Assembly (NCBI RefSeq): GCF_004010195.1
Contig: NC_057713.1
Span: forward strand, 84,602,350-84,666,349
Reading direction: 5' to 3'
DNA: 64,000 bases
From: Chiloscyllium plagiosum
Taxonomy: Eukaryota
Of this stretch, positions 40,936 to 53,403 are shown piece after piece. Numbering within the stretch: position 1 is the stretch's first letter; each line of letters starts with the position of its first letter. Below the pieces are notes generated by a model, which saw only the letters and a program-made list of their open reading frames with translations, did not search any database and was not told the origin of the DNA. The translations under genes were made by a program, and so were the position numbers.

Positions 40936-41590
40936 AAGGTTGGGAGGGTTAACAGCGTCACATTTGTAGGAATGACGATAACTGACAATCTGTCCTGGAC
41001 TTTCCACGTAGATGCGACAGTCAAGAAAGCACAACGCCTCTTCTTCCTCAGGTGGCTTAAGAAATTTAGCATATACGTAAGGACCCTTACCAACTTTTAC
41101 AGATGCACCATAGATGGCATACTATCTGAGTACATAACAGCATGGTATGGCAACTGTTTTGTAAGAAACTACAGAAGGTTGAATGCACAGCCCAGACCAT
41201 CATGGAAGCCAGTCTCCCATACATGGACACCATTTGTACTACTTGTTGCCACAGAAAGGCTGTTAACATCATTAAAAACCTGTCCCATCTTGGTAATGTT
41301 CTCCTATATCCTCTTCTGTTAAGCAGAAGATACAGAAGCCTGAACACACAAAACGAACAGTTCAAGAACAGCTTCTTCTTTGCCATTATTAGACTGATGC
41401 ATGGACTCTCTAGCTTCAAATAATGTTCATCTTGTTAATGTTGATCTTGCTTCACGCATCTCTGCAGTGTAACTTCTACGCCTCACTCTGTCTAAGTACC
41501 CTATGAGCCATGTGTACTTGCTTACTCTGATCTGTCTGTATTACTTGTAAACAAAGCTTTTCACTGTACTTAGGTACATGTGACTACGAT
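40936..41590 (+). mobile_element. Rex1/Babar-like LINE 3' fragment
   Basis: ITDNLSW..HVDATVKKAQRLFFLRWLKKF..TLTNFYRCTI..ITAWYGNC..LLLSRRYRSL..FKNSFF. Confidence 0.8.
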
Positions 41591-41644
41591 CAAAACTGCT
41601 CACATGAGCATTAAACAGCCTCAGTATTACATGCCTGCTGTTAT

Positions 41645-42053
41645 TAGAATTAGAATTAGAATTCCTGCAGTGTGGAAACAGGCCCTTTGGCCCAACAAGT
41701 CCACACTGCCCCTCCGAAGAGTATCCTACCCAGACTCATTACCCTAATTTCACCTGACTAATGCACCTAACCTACATAACCCTGAACATTATGGCAATTT
41801 AGCTTGGCCAATTCACCTAACATCCACCTCTTTGAACAGTGTGAGGAAACCAGAGTACCCACAGGAAACCCACGCAGACATGGGAAGAATGTGCAAACTC
41901 CACACAGACAGTCACCCAAGGCTGGAATCGAACCGGAGATCCTGGTGCTGTGCAGCAGCAGTGCTAACCACTGAGCCACCATGAAGGCTGGAATCGAACT
42001 CGGGTCCCTGGTGCTGTGAGGCAGCAGTGCAAACCACTGAGCCACCGTGCTGC
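41645..42053 (-). mobile_element. HE1-like V-SINE with tandemly duplicated tRNA head
   Basis: Two consecutive heads, 41920-41982 and 41983-42053; (aattct)n tail. Confidence 0.9.
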
Positions 42054-44225
42054 CCTGTTATATTTTAACCCTCTTGAAATGAATGCTGACATTGCATTTG
42101 CCAGCTGAACCTGCATGCTGAGTAGGGGTTATGCTGGGCATGAGTTTGTCAATTGTATTGGAGTATGATTCCGCTTCTGCTCCTGATACACACTCTTAAG
42201 TTGCTAGATCCATCCAAAGTTTGTCCCATTTAGCATGTGATAGTACCCACAACATGATGTAATGTGTTGTCAGTTTGAATGAGGGACTTCATCTCCACAA
42301 GGACTGTGCAGCCATCATTCTTATTGATACTGTCATGTATCTATGGCAGGCAGCTTGGTGAGGTCAGGTATGCATTTCCCTTTTGTTTTTGGTTCCTTCA
42401 CCACCAACCACAGAACCAGTCTAGCTGCAGTGTCTTTTAGGATCTGACCAGCTCAATTAGTAGTGCTGCTCTTGAGCCAATCTTGGTGGTGGGCTTTGAA
42501 ATCTCCCACCAACAGTACATTCTCCGTCTTTGCCACCCTCCATTTTTCTCCAAGTGTTCTTCAACATGGTGGAACACAGAGTCATCAGCTGAGAGAGGAT
42601 GGTGCATGTTAATAATATGGAGATTTCCTTTTCCATGTTTGATGCCGTGAGATTTTGAGGACTCCCAAAGCAACTTCCTCCCAAAAATATACCACTGTGC
42701 CACCATTTCTACCAGGCCAGTCCTGCCGGTGGGATATATCCTGGGATAATGATGGTCATGTCTGAGACATTGTCTGTTAACTATGATTCTGTGAGTATAT
42801 ATCAGACTGTTGGTTGACTAGCCTGTGGACAGTTCTCCTAACTTTGGCACTGAACCCCAGATGTTAGTAAGGAGGACTTTGTAGGGTCAGCAGGGTTGTT
42901 TATACATTTTCGATTCCAATGCCGAGATTGATGCCCGGTGATGGGTCCAATTTCATTTCTTTGAGACTTATAATGACTGTGTGGCTTGCTAGGCCATACA
43001 GCAGTTGAAAGTGAACCACATTGCTGTGGGTCTAGATTCTTTTTTGACAACCTGCAGTGGCTTCATTGTCATTAGTGAACTTTTAATCACAGATATATTT
43101 TGAATTCAAATTCCACCACGTACTGTGGCATGATTCAAACCTGGTTCTACAGAACATCATCTGAGTTCCTCAGTTAATAGTCTAATGAGGATTCTCATGT
43201 TCTTGCTTTGCTTCCAGGACTGGTTGCCTTACAAGGATGGTTGCAATACATTTACGAATGTGCACTAATATTTGTAGTGATGTGTCAGCTGATTAGCATT
43301 TTTATTTGGTTTCCCTCCCGCTACGTGCACAATGAAGTGTAACATATGGCTGGCATCTGTGTGGCTGCGGCTTTTGATCAGCTACGTACCCAGACTTTTA
43401 AAAATCCAGGAAGTCCTGGCCATGATAGGTTCTTCCACCTCTAGCAGGAGGGATGATGTGTGGGATGCCATTGAGACATGGTGCATAATTAATGAAGTAA
43501 TTTCTGGTAAAGTTCACCCCCAGTTTCTTCAACCATTCCGAAATTCTGAAGTTATATTTTCCTATATCCTGAGGTTACTGTACACTTTTTTTCTCATTCC
43601 AACTAATTAAGGATGTTATATGCTGCTCTCCATCTTACACTCTACTAAGGACAAAAAAAGCCACAGGTCCTGAAGAACGGTTACACCTGAAATGTCAACT
43701 CGGGGGGGCACCTGATGTTGCCTAGCTTGCTGTGGTCTTCTAGCCTTCTGCCTACCTACTCCATTTTACACTTAATTAAAAATTGTCAGTGGATTTCACA
43801 TGACTTTGCTATATCTGGTCCCTATTATGTTTCGCACAAATATTCAAGTAGAGTGTACTAAGATCCAATAGATATGTATTGTTGATATGTAGTGGTGGTG
43901 AGTAAACTGTTCTTAATCATACTCAGTTGAGGAGGTTTCCTGTCGAAATTACTAAGTTTAAGAATATGTCTGTCCAGAATAGTGAGGTTATACTTCACTA
44001 TTAAAAATTTCAATGTTGAACAGTTCTGGGTGTAGGGCCCTTGAGCATTCCATCAGAGATGATGTATAGTGAGAGATTGTAAGAGAGAAAGGAAACTGTA
44101 TCCCCATGGCATTTATTCACTCTGAAAAGTGAACAATAGAATTATGATATATCAATATATATCATATTCATATAAGAAATCTAAATTTATGTTGGTATTT
44201 TCTTATCATTTATATTCATATATAG

Positions 44226-44341
44226 TGGCAATCTGGACAAGCCTACTGCAAAAGGAAACACAGCTGTACATTACTGCTGCGTGTTCGATAAAGTGGAATG
44301 TTTAAAATTGCTTCTTCGGGGCAAACCAAGTTTAAATCTAG
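44226..44341 (+). CDS. ASAP1: ASAP1 exon (ankyrin): GNLDKPTAKGNTAVHYCCVFDKVECLKLLLRGKPSLNL
   Basis: tatag acceptor, gtgagt donor; 116 nt; phase 2 to 1. Confidence 0.95.
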
Positions 44342-45795
44342 GTGAGTGTAATGTCAGTGATTTTGAATTGCATTTTCCTTTTGCCCTAGACTTCCAGCAG
44401 ATCCTAGGAAATTACACTTCCTGTTCTAGTATTCAATATTCAGCTCAAGCAGTGTAGCAAAATGTTTGCAAAATCAAAGCTACTCGATCAACAGAAATTG
44501 CTGTAAAGACTCGGCAGGTTTGGCAGCATTTGTGGAGACAAAGCAGAGTTAATGTTTTGACCCTTTTTCATTGTATAATTTCTATTTCTATTCTTGTTTC
44601 TGATTTCCAACTTCAGCAGTTCTTCTCTTTTCCTTTGCAAAGCTATTCAGTGTCCATTCTAGCCTTATTACAGTATTATTAGCAACAAATTACAAAACCA
44701 AATATGAAATATAATTTAGATCAGTTAAAAAATTTAAATTAATTTCTAAACTGTCCGTTTCATTTTATACATTCACTCTACTAGCTCCTATTCTCTTTGC
44801 CATCCTAAAATAAATTCAAAATCTCCTATTTATCTTCATTCATTAACTGGTTATCAGTATCCATTTTGCAAAGTGAACAAATTGAATTAAGAATACTTTA
44901 ATCAGTCTGTAAGAACCATGAAAACCACCATTTTCAACCAACTGAAAGTCCACATGCTGCAAATTGACAAATTGGTAGCTCCTGTGAGTTTATATTACCC
45001 AAATTGGTATGATTGAGTTAAAACAACTGAAAATTTTAGAAAGTATACTTTAAGGGAAATAAGTACTTCTGATTGTACAGAGCCAATTTCTTAAAATAGT
45101 CAAGAAAAAGATTGGTTTGGACACACAACCAAAGACTAAGGACTGGTGAAGGAGGAGAGAAAGAAAATCACAAGAGGGGAGGGATGAGATATGAGATCAC
45201 AATCCAGATTAAATATATATGGAAGCTTCAAATTGGGAATCATTGATATAAATGTACATTTAAAAATGCTTCCACAAATTTCATTTTATCAGTACACTAT
45301 CCTGATGCTTGATACCACCATGCTGGCTAAGCTGGAGGCAGACCTTAAAGGACTATAGACAAGTAGACAACAACCACCACGAATGTGGGGAATTCAGAAA
45401 TTAGTAAAAAATAGTGAATTGATGAAGTCATGCATGATCTCAGTATATGATCGGAAGTCCAGGGCCCTTAAGGAGCAGTGGTAGTATCCCTACCTCTGAG
45501 CCAGAATACTGGGGTCAAGTCCCAACCACTCCAGAAGTGCCTTATAACATGAGGAAACACGTTTTTTGAAAAATGTCTATAAATAGAAGTCCACAAGTGA
45601 GCATTTTTAGTGGATCATCTAAAAAGATTTATTATGCTTTTGCTCAGAGTATCATTGAAACAAAAAAATGTATTTCTATAATCTAGCCCAAAAGCTATAT
45701 CAGAAAATTGCTTTCTAGTGTGAGAAAAATTGATTGACTTGCATTTTTCGTTTTGCTGTCTTATGTATTGTGCATTGGATTTATTTCACTTATAG

Positions 45796-45863
45796 TAAAC
45801 CAGAGTGGAGAAACAGCCCTAGATATAGCGAGAAGATTGCAGCGTCCACAGTGTGAAGAATTG
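45796..45863 (+). CDS. ASAP1: ASAP1 exon (ankyrin): (V)NQSGETALDIARRLQRPQCEEL
   Basis: tatag acceptor, gtaagg donor; 68 nt. Confidence 0.95.
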
Positions 45864-47079
45864 GTAAGGAGCAGTTCCCTTTCTTACATTCATATTAATT
45901 CCTGTTTCACAGAATTTCTAATCCAACCTTTGTATTTGAAGAAATGTTCATTCTAATGGAAGTAATAAAATCATTTTGCTGGCTGTTTACCTTACGACAA
46001 TATTGATCATGAATGACTTTAACATTTTTTAAAACTGAAGTGTACTTAAGTCAAGTCAGAAAGTTCACCTACTAGCATTTATAATCCTGCGTAATTTTAA
46101 ATTTCTACAGACTCTGTACAGCAGAAAGATCGATGTATTTATTCAGCATTACATAAACATGGTATCACATCCAACTAAAATGTTCAAAACACATTCTATA
46201 TAGACTTAAGTTCACTTTCTCATTCACTTAACCCATGTTTATTTAGAGCTTCGCATTAGGAAATTGAGTGGCAACATTCTTTTCTGTTAATTGCAGGAAG
46301 AATAGGTTCTCCTTCACTTGAAGATTGTATTTTCCTTCAATTATCAGAGTACGTCCACTTTACCTAGCAAAGCTATGGTGTTTCAATTCAGCACATCTGT
46401 CAGAAAAGATGTTGCTTCACAGACTTTGATGAATGCTACAACTCTGCAATCTCAAGTTAGTTGTAAGAATATCTCCACTATGTGCACTGCTCTGAAATCT
46501 ACACAGAATCCAAGTTACGAGATAAGAGAGAGACATAATGAAATGTATTTTCTTTATTATTTACGTAATTTTTAAAATTTACATATCTAAATAGGAACAA
46601 CTCCTTACTACCATCATGCTCAATCAAAAAGGCACTTTGTAACAATGGACTCACCAGGCAATCATCAATCATGGATGTGACTTATGCTACAGAAAGTTTA
46701 GCTGTGATAACCATTGCACTAGATTTGAACATACTTATTTGGAGTTATGAGCAACATTCCAAAGAAAGGTCATGATCAACGTTAAGGTTCTCCCCTTTTC
46801 ATAGCCACCTTGTCCTAATGTGTTAGTGAACTTTCTATAACTGATAGCACAGCATACACTTTTCCACTGTCACATAGGCTAACTTGCTGTGAAATGTATG
46901 CTTGTAAAGCTGTTACTAAAATTGGATTGAATTAGGTTATTGTCACATATGCTCACGTGAGTAGGGTGAAAAGTTTGTAAGTTGCTATTTACAGCGCTAT
47001 CAAAGAAGCATTGCCTTTGTTTTTCTCACCACTGCCAAAACTGCATGGCAATAGAATGTGTAGATGAATATCTTTGTCA

Positions 47080-47836
47080 ACACCTGTACAAGGTATTCGC
47101 CAAAAATGGATACCCGCGTAATTTCATCAACAGATGCCTAAGAGAAAGACAATGGAACGAGGACATGCCGCAACCCAAAGGACTAGCCACACTACCATAC
47201 AGCAGGAGCATTTCAGAACTGACAGCCAGACTACTACGACCACTAGGACTTATAACAGCACACAAACCAACAGCCACCCTCAGACAACAACTCACCAGAA
47301 CGAAGGACCCGATATCCAGCATGAGCAAAACTAATGTAGTGTACAAAATCCCATGCAAGGACTGCACAAAACACTATATAGGACAAACAGGAAGACAGCT
47401 AACGATCCGCATCTATGAACATCAACTAGCCACGAAACGACACAACCAGCTATCCTTAGTAGCCACACACGCAGACGACAAGCAACATGAATTTGACTGG
47501 GACAACACTACCATTATAGGGCAAGCCAAACAAAGAACAGCCAGGGAATTCCTAGAAGCATGGCACTCATCCACAAACTCCATCAACAAACACATAGACC
47601 TGGACCCAATATACCGGCCACTACAGCGGACAGCTGAAACTGACAACCGGAAGCGGCAGGGACAGGCCACTATAAATGCCGGAGGAAACACCACAGAAGC
47701 GCTTCACAGGAGGCTCCCAAGCACTGAGGATGTCACCTAGACAGGGGACGAAACGTTTGCAACAAAAATTTCCAGCTCAGCGAACAGAACCACAACAACG
47801 AGCACCCGAGCTACAAATCTTCTCCCAAACTTTGAA
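47080..47836 (+). mobile_element. 5'-truncated Penelope-like retroelement: RT C-terminus, GIY-YIG endonuclease and pLTR; 15-bp TSD tgaatatctttgtca
   Basis: ORF with KNGYP..FI, NVVYKIPCKDC..HYIGQTGR..RIYEH and REFLEAW; TSD at 47065-47079 and 47833-47847. Confidence 0.95.
47721..47760 (+). ncRNA. Minimal type-I hammerhead ribozyme motif overlapping the PLE stop codon
   Basis: gca-CTGAGGA-TGTCACCTAGACAGGGGAC-GAAAC-GTT-tgc; the ORF stop TAG (47738-47740) lies in helix II and its loop. Confidence 0.75.
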
Positions 47837-48199
47837 TATCTTTGTCAGTTGTGGCTTTCTTAAAGATGACACTCAAGCCTCAGGCATTATCTACAGTCAT
47901 TGGACTGGTACCATAAACAGTTATTTCTGGCACCTCATAATGTCTGTCTGATGCTGGCAGAACCATAAGCTTTGTCACAGAGATAGATGTTTCCGGCACC
48001 ACTTGACAATTTATTTGCCTTTGTCTTGACATTTTACTTGTGAGCAGTCTCCACATATAGAGCTTCTCTGATTAGTGCCTCTGTGACTTTAACAGAGACT
48101 AGCAGTTCTGGGGTAGTTCATGAGAGTATGGGCTAATGGTTCAAAGGCAAGGGCAAAGGAGTGGCATTTCCCCCTTCCCAATTCTAAATTCCTTGATTG

Positions 48200-48800
48200 G
48201 GCACAGAATGTTTGACATCCTCTATGAAACCTCAAGTCTTATTTGTTGAATAACCTATCGGAGGTATAGGAAAACATCTGAGTCCCTATAGATCGTTAGC
48301 CACCATTATGCTTTGTGAATTCAATGACAGTTGGCTTAAAGTGGTTCATAATGATCCTAATTCCCTTTTCTACAATGGCAGGCAGCATTCCCACATTGAC
48401 CCTTCCTGTCCTCAGTTTAAATGGGATGGATTTCCCAACACCAGTAATCCTGCTCAATTCTCTATTACTCCCCCAACCCCTGTCCCACCATTATATCCAC
48501 ACTCTTCAGCAGACTCCAGTAAATACAGCCAGATGTAATAAATCACGAAATGTATTCTGGGCTCCCTTTTTGAAAAAGGCATAACAAAGCATTTCTCGGC
48601 AGGCAAAGGTTTAACTTGCACTGGCATTCTGAAGACATCCACCTCTAAATCTCTTCCACCTCAATCCTTCAACCATAGTTTTCAAATGCTTGTCAGACGT
48701 GAAGCATGAAATTTCCTCCAAATGCATATTGAATAAACTAACAGTGCAGTGTGATTGAAAACTTATAGACCCAAGAAGATGCTTCAATCTCAAAATACTG
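48200..48800 (-). pseudogene. Possible ancient piggyBac transposase relic
   Basis: Fragments MPFSKR, LYLLES..GY and KPTVIEF.KH.GG..QMFSY resemble piggyBac PFKGR, GIK.Y.L.ES..GY and KP.VI..YN..MGGVD..DQM.SY in the right order. Confidence 0.4.
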
Positions 48801-49118
48801 ATTGAGCTTGTAGACCTGACAGTTTCTGTTATATAACATGGAATTTGTAGATAATAAATATTGATGCAAGCCTAAGCAGTGCATTTATATGGCTCCTCAT
48901 ACATGTAAAAAAAAATTTAAATGATCTGTTTATTTAGCCATCATACCTGATGACAAATACCATAATGATGAAAAAAATTGATGGTGAAATGTGCAATATT
49001 TATGAGTAGGAACCATTTGCCTTTCCTTCCCTAGGGAAAATGTTACTAATTGGAGGCTTAAGTATGCAAATATTCTGATCATAGTTGCACTTAGTGTAAT
49101 ATTTTATATTAATTTCAG

Positions 49119-49226
49119 ATCAGTCAAGCTGCTTTAGGAAAAGTTAATCCTCATGTTCATGTAGAATATGAGTGGCAATTACGGCAAGAAGAAATTGATG
49201 AAAGTGATGATGACTTGGATGTAAAG
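49119..49226 (+). CDS. ASAP1: ASAP1 exon: ISQAALGKVNPHVHVEYEWQLRQEEIDESDDDLDVK
   Basis: tttcag acceptor, gtgaga donor; 108 nt; NPHVHVEYEW and acidic ESDDDLD motifs typical of ASAP proteins. Confidence 0.96.
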
Positions 49227-50761
49227 GTGAGAACAGGGAATATATAATATCGGATCAGGTAATTTCCTTTTAGTCCATCAAACTGCACAATTTTAACATT
49301 CTCTAGAGCATTATTTGGTGGGCAAGACTATTCTAAAGAGATAGTGAAAATTATCTTTTAAACTATTTTTAACATAGTATTTTTAGGAATAGTATTTTAT
49401 AAGTGTGATTTTGTCTGATATATGTCACAATTTATTTTAGGCTTTGAATTTTGAATTAGTGCCATATGGATTTTCTGTGTATCTAAATAGTTAATCATTA
49501 ACTTGTAGATATTTCTGTAGTTGTGGTGATTTATTTCCAAACATTTTGAAGCAGCCTTCAGAATATACCTTTTATTTACTTTAGTGGGGTTTACTACTGA
49601 GCAATCGTGCAATAAGATTTTGTGAGAAAGACCTGGAATTTTTTTTTTATATTTTAAGGGAAACTCCCACAGCTTGATACAAGGGTTTTTTTAATTTTCA
49701 GTTTTGGGGCAGTTCTACAGAAGTGCTTGGATGAAGATGAATGTGTAATGAAGTACTCTTGAGAAAGAAGATAGTAAAACTAGATTACCTTAGAATAAGG
49801 AGTTGAGTAATAATTCCAGACTAAGTATTTGGATAAAACTCTGAAAAGGTTATTTGAACCTGAGTGAAAGCAGCAGGAAAGGGCTTTCAGAAAAAGCCAA
49901 TTGGATGTAAATGGTTTGGTCTGTTGTACTTTTACCTTAATTTCTTTTGCCTAATAAACTTTTATTGTTAAAACTAAGTCTGCAACATTGCATGATTGTG
50001 TTTCTGTGAGATACAACTCATAAAAACTAAAAGAAAATAAATTTGATCTATTGAGGCAGATTTCCGTCTGACATCTGACCTGTCCAGTAATCACATCAAT
50101 TGGATTCATAATGAGAAATTCATTTGAAGTATGATCTGTGGACATGTTTCGTCCTGAACAAGCAAGATGAAGTTTTGAATAAATATAGAATATAGATTCT
50201 GCATTGAATGGAAAAATTTCAGATAGCTCTCTGGGTGATAGCATTATTTAATGTGGCGCTGAGCCATAAGCATCAGAAGCTTCTCTAACCTGATATGTGA
50301 TAAATTGGCAAATGTAGCTGGAACTGTAGTTGAGATGTAACAGTCCAGTTAAAGAGATCCTTGGAAGCTTTCACTGCTGAGGTAGTTATATTACCGTACT
50401 TGAGATTTCACTTGAGTGAAGCAAAATCAATTAGTTAGGATTGCATGAAGTTAAGAGTCTGCTCTTCAACTTCCTTTTTACAAATTTCAATGGAGGATAT
50501 CTTAGAGAAGATCTAGTACAGTTGAAAAATCCATCTCAGTTGAGTTTTTATTTTTAACAGAGTCCAGGCAATAGACTGAGAAAATATAATTAAATATGTA
50601 CTTTAGCCCTTTGCCTCCTTACTACAAGGAGAACCCTATTGAATGTCAATATCAATCCTATGTTATGTAAATACTACATGAAATAGGAGTGGGAGAGCTT
50701 ATGGATAATAGATTGGCAAAATACTTAATCAGCTCTTGCTTTCCTGATCTGATTAAAACCA

Positions 50762-51960
50762 TGGGCAGAATTTTCTAGGTATCTGAATGACATGGGCTTT
50801 GATGAAATTTGTAGCACAAACGGCTGAGAAGTCCAGTGAGGCTAATTACTCAGTTGGGAGCATCTCACTCCATCTATTGCACACAATTCATAGATTGGAC
50901 TAGGTTGCGTCTCTATGCTGTTTACTTGCTGTCATTGTGCTTGCTCACACCGAACCTATCTGGATACTCAGAGCATCTCAGCCTTGCATGGCCTTGCCTT
51001 TTTTGCACTTTACTGTCTCAGCCATAGATATCTGCTTTGTCTTGCCTTGCTATTTCGTGTAGGCACAAAGGAACGAAGCTTGTCATGCTTGTTAGCAGGG
51101 CTTAGCCAAAACAAGGGGAATAATTTTCAGTTGAGAAAGCCAACACAAGTAAGTCAATGACAGCCTCTGATACCTGTCCATGGACTTGGAAATGGTCAGT
51201 CAGCCACTCAGCATGGATAGATTCAGGATGCTTTATACGTACAGGATGGGGAGCTAAATGTAGGGCAACCCACCATCTGTCTATAGTCTTTCTGTCCTAT
51301 TAGGGACCAGTTTCCTCCCTGCAATAAGGATGAGAGAGAGAGATTAAGGGAGATGAAAGTAGATGGCAATGCTGTTACCATTGGTGCAGGAGAAATCTCC
51401 AACAAGTGATTAGGCAATGCAAAGAGCATGCAAGGTTAGTTGTGTTACATGTTGGTGTGGGTGACAGCACGTGAGAGAAAAGCTGCACGCAATAGTGAGA
51501 GTGATGGTGCATGTGCCTAGGTGGGTGGTGTGCACTGTAGCAGACATACAATGAATGTGAAATATCAGAGAGACAATGATGGCACTTAAGCTGACAGAGT
51601 GGCGAAGGTCAATGACCTTCTTCCAGCAGTGCTGTGCATCCTTCCAGACAGTTTGTTCTGGTGTCATCCTCCACTGCTGGTTTTTGCAGAAGAGGAAGTT
51701 CTACCTCTTCACTAATCCTTCCAACAGGACGTCCAGTTACCTGACTTTAAAGTGGGGCATCAATTTTGCCCTGTCTGCCACATCCAGAGCAAACTTCAGC
51801 AACTGTGTAGGGGAACTCCGGACCGATAATGCTTGCTATAGTGCACAATAGGCTTTTAAAAATTACGCAGGGATGCCAGTGAATTTTAGGATATCCACTG
51901 AGTAGCAAGTTGTTCTAAGAACAGCATGTAATAACCCAGAATTGGAATTTCGGGTTCTAC
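50762..51960. mobile_element. Harbinger/PIF-like DNA transposon relic
   Basis: gggcagaattttc terminus; minus-strand Myb/SANT-like QHCWKKVIDL; homologous to 62708-64000. Confidence 0.5.
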
Positions 51961-51967
51961 TTTTAAG

Positions 51968-52290
51968 GTAGTATGGTGGCACAATGGTTAGTACTGCTGT
52001 CTCACAGCCCAGGGACCCGGATTGATTCCAGCCTCGGAATCTCCAGCTTCTTTCTCAGACTTTAAGATTGCATGTTCTCCTTGTTATTTCATGGGTTTCA
52101 GCCAGATGCTCTCACAGTTCAAAGATGTACAGGCTAGGTAGATTAGCAATGCTAGCTTGCCCCATACTGTCCAGGGATGTGCAGTCTAGGTGGATTAGCC
52201 ATGGTAAATACAGGTTATTGGGATAGTGGGAGTGAGTCTGTGTAGGATGCTCTTCAAAGTGTCAGTGCAGGCTTGATGAGCTGAATGGCT
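51968..52290 (+). mobile_element. HE1-like V-SINE, diverged
   Basis: tggtggcacaatggttagtactgctgtctcacag head. Confidence 0.8.
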
Positions 52291-53177
52291 CTTTGGGATT
52301 CTGAGTCTGTGCCATAACTGAGTTAGTTAGCTAGTTGATGAGGTGAAGTTGGTAAGATTTGGAGACAAACCCACTAGGCTTCGCTGATAGGAATCCCTCT
52401 TTTAGAAAAAAACTTAGCACAACTTGGACTTGGCCTAAAAAATTTAGTTTGAGCCCTTTATTTTAGATAAAATAAGTAATCATTTTAAGTGTTCCAGCAG
52501 ATAGCACATCAGTCACTGCAGTACTGCACTGTGAAGTAGATCAAAATTATCAGCTCAGTCTTTAAGTCGGATCTCAGTTTATGACATGACTCAAGTTGTG
52601 AATGTCTCCACTAAACCAAAACTCCTCAACTATGTAGTATGTTTACAAATAATTTTGTCTAATTCCAGGTTATATAATGATTTTACTTATTTGATTAGTC
52701 CGTAGAGAAATATTGACTCCTATACCTAAATAGCAATAAAAGTTAAATAATAAAATATAGGAAGCGAGATTCCTCTCCTATTTTATAGGATATGATGGAA
52801 ATTTGATATGATTTAAAATTAATCTTTGTTATTATAACTCTGGAAAGGAATAGTATCTAAGAGGGAATATATTTATTTGAAAAAATGTTGTCTGTCTTCG
52901 TTGTAACTATGTACGTTATGAGGTATGTTCGCCTAGAAATCACTGTCCCATATACAGCCAAAAAATCCAATCTTAAGAACCCAAATTTAAAACTAATTTA
53001 TTAAATAAAAATACCTTTTGGGGAAAAAAAAGAAACCACTGAAAACTGAATGTGTCAGATGCAGACATTTTTGATCCTTGGGTAACTCTCATCATCATGA
53101 TTTCAACAGAGATTAACTCTTGCTCAGATTTTGAGTGCTGATCTATTTCAAATTTGTCCTGTTTTCCCTTTCATTAG

Positions 53178-53403
53178 ACAAGTCCTGTAAAAAAAGAGCG
53201 TTCTCCAAGGCCACAGAGCTGCTGCCACTCTTCTAGTCTCTCCCCACAAGATAAACTTATGATTCCTGGACTTGGCATAGCACGGGAAAAACAGCGACTG
53301 TCTTATGGGGCGTTTAGTAATCAAATATATGGAGGTGGAACGGATTCTCCAACATCACCAGCCACTGATGCCCCTCCTCTTCCTCCTAGGAATCCAAGCA
53401 AAG
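53178..53403 (+). CDS. ASAP1: ASAP1 exon (Pro-rich): TSPVKKERSPRPQSCCHSSSLSPQDK...QRLSYGAFSNQIY...DAPPLPPRNPSK
   Basis: cattag acceptor, gttagt donor; 226 nt; ASAP1-type RSPRPQS, RLSYGAF and PPLPPRN (SH3 ligand) motifs. Confidence 0.95.

Larger units (their letters stand above)
38500..43190 (-). mobile_element. APE-RT LINE with tRNA/SINE-like leader, split by nested insertions at 40414-42120
   Basis: VPQGSVLGPTIFNCFINDLP RT motif at 39246-39533; APE N-terminus (LTNIWG.VPKLGELS) near 42870; 3' tail at 38500. Other fragments at 17095-17600, 36690-36910, 54830-55620 and 61850-62180. Confidence 0.75.

Noticed and set aside
49621-50110. Possible second solo LTR
   Set aside because: No clean TG..CA ends or TSD.
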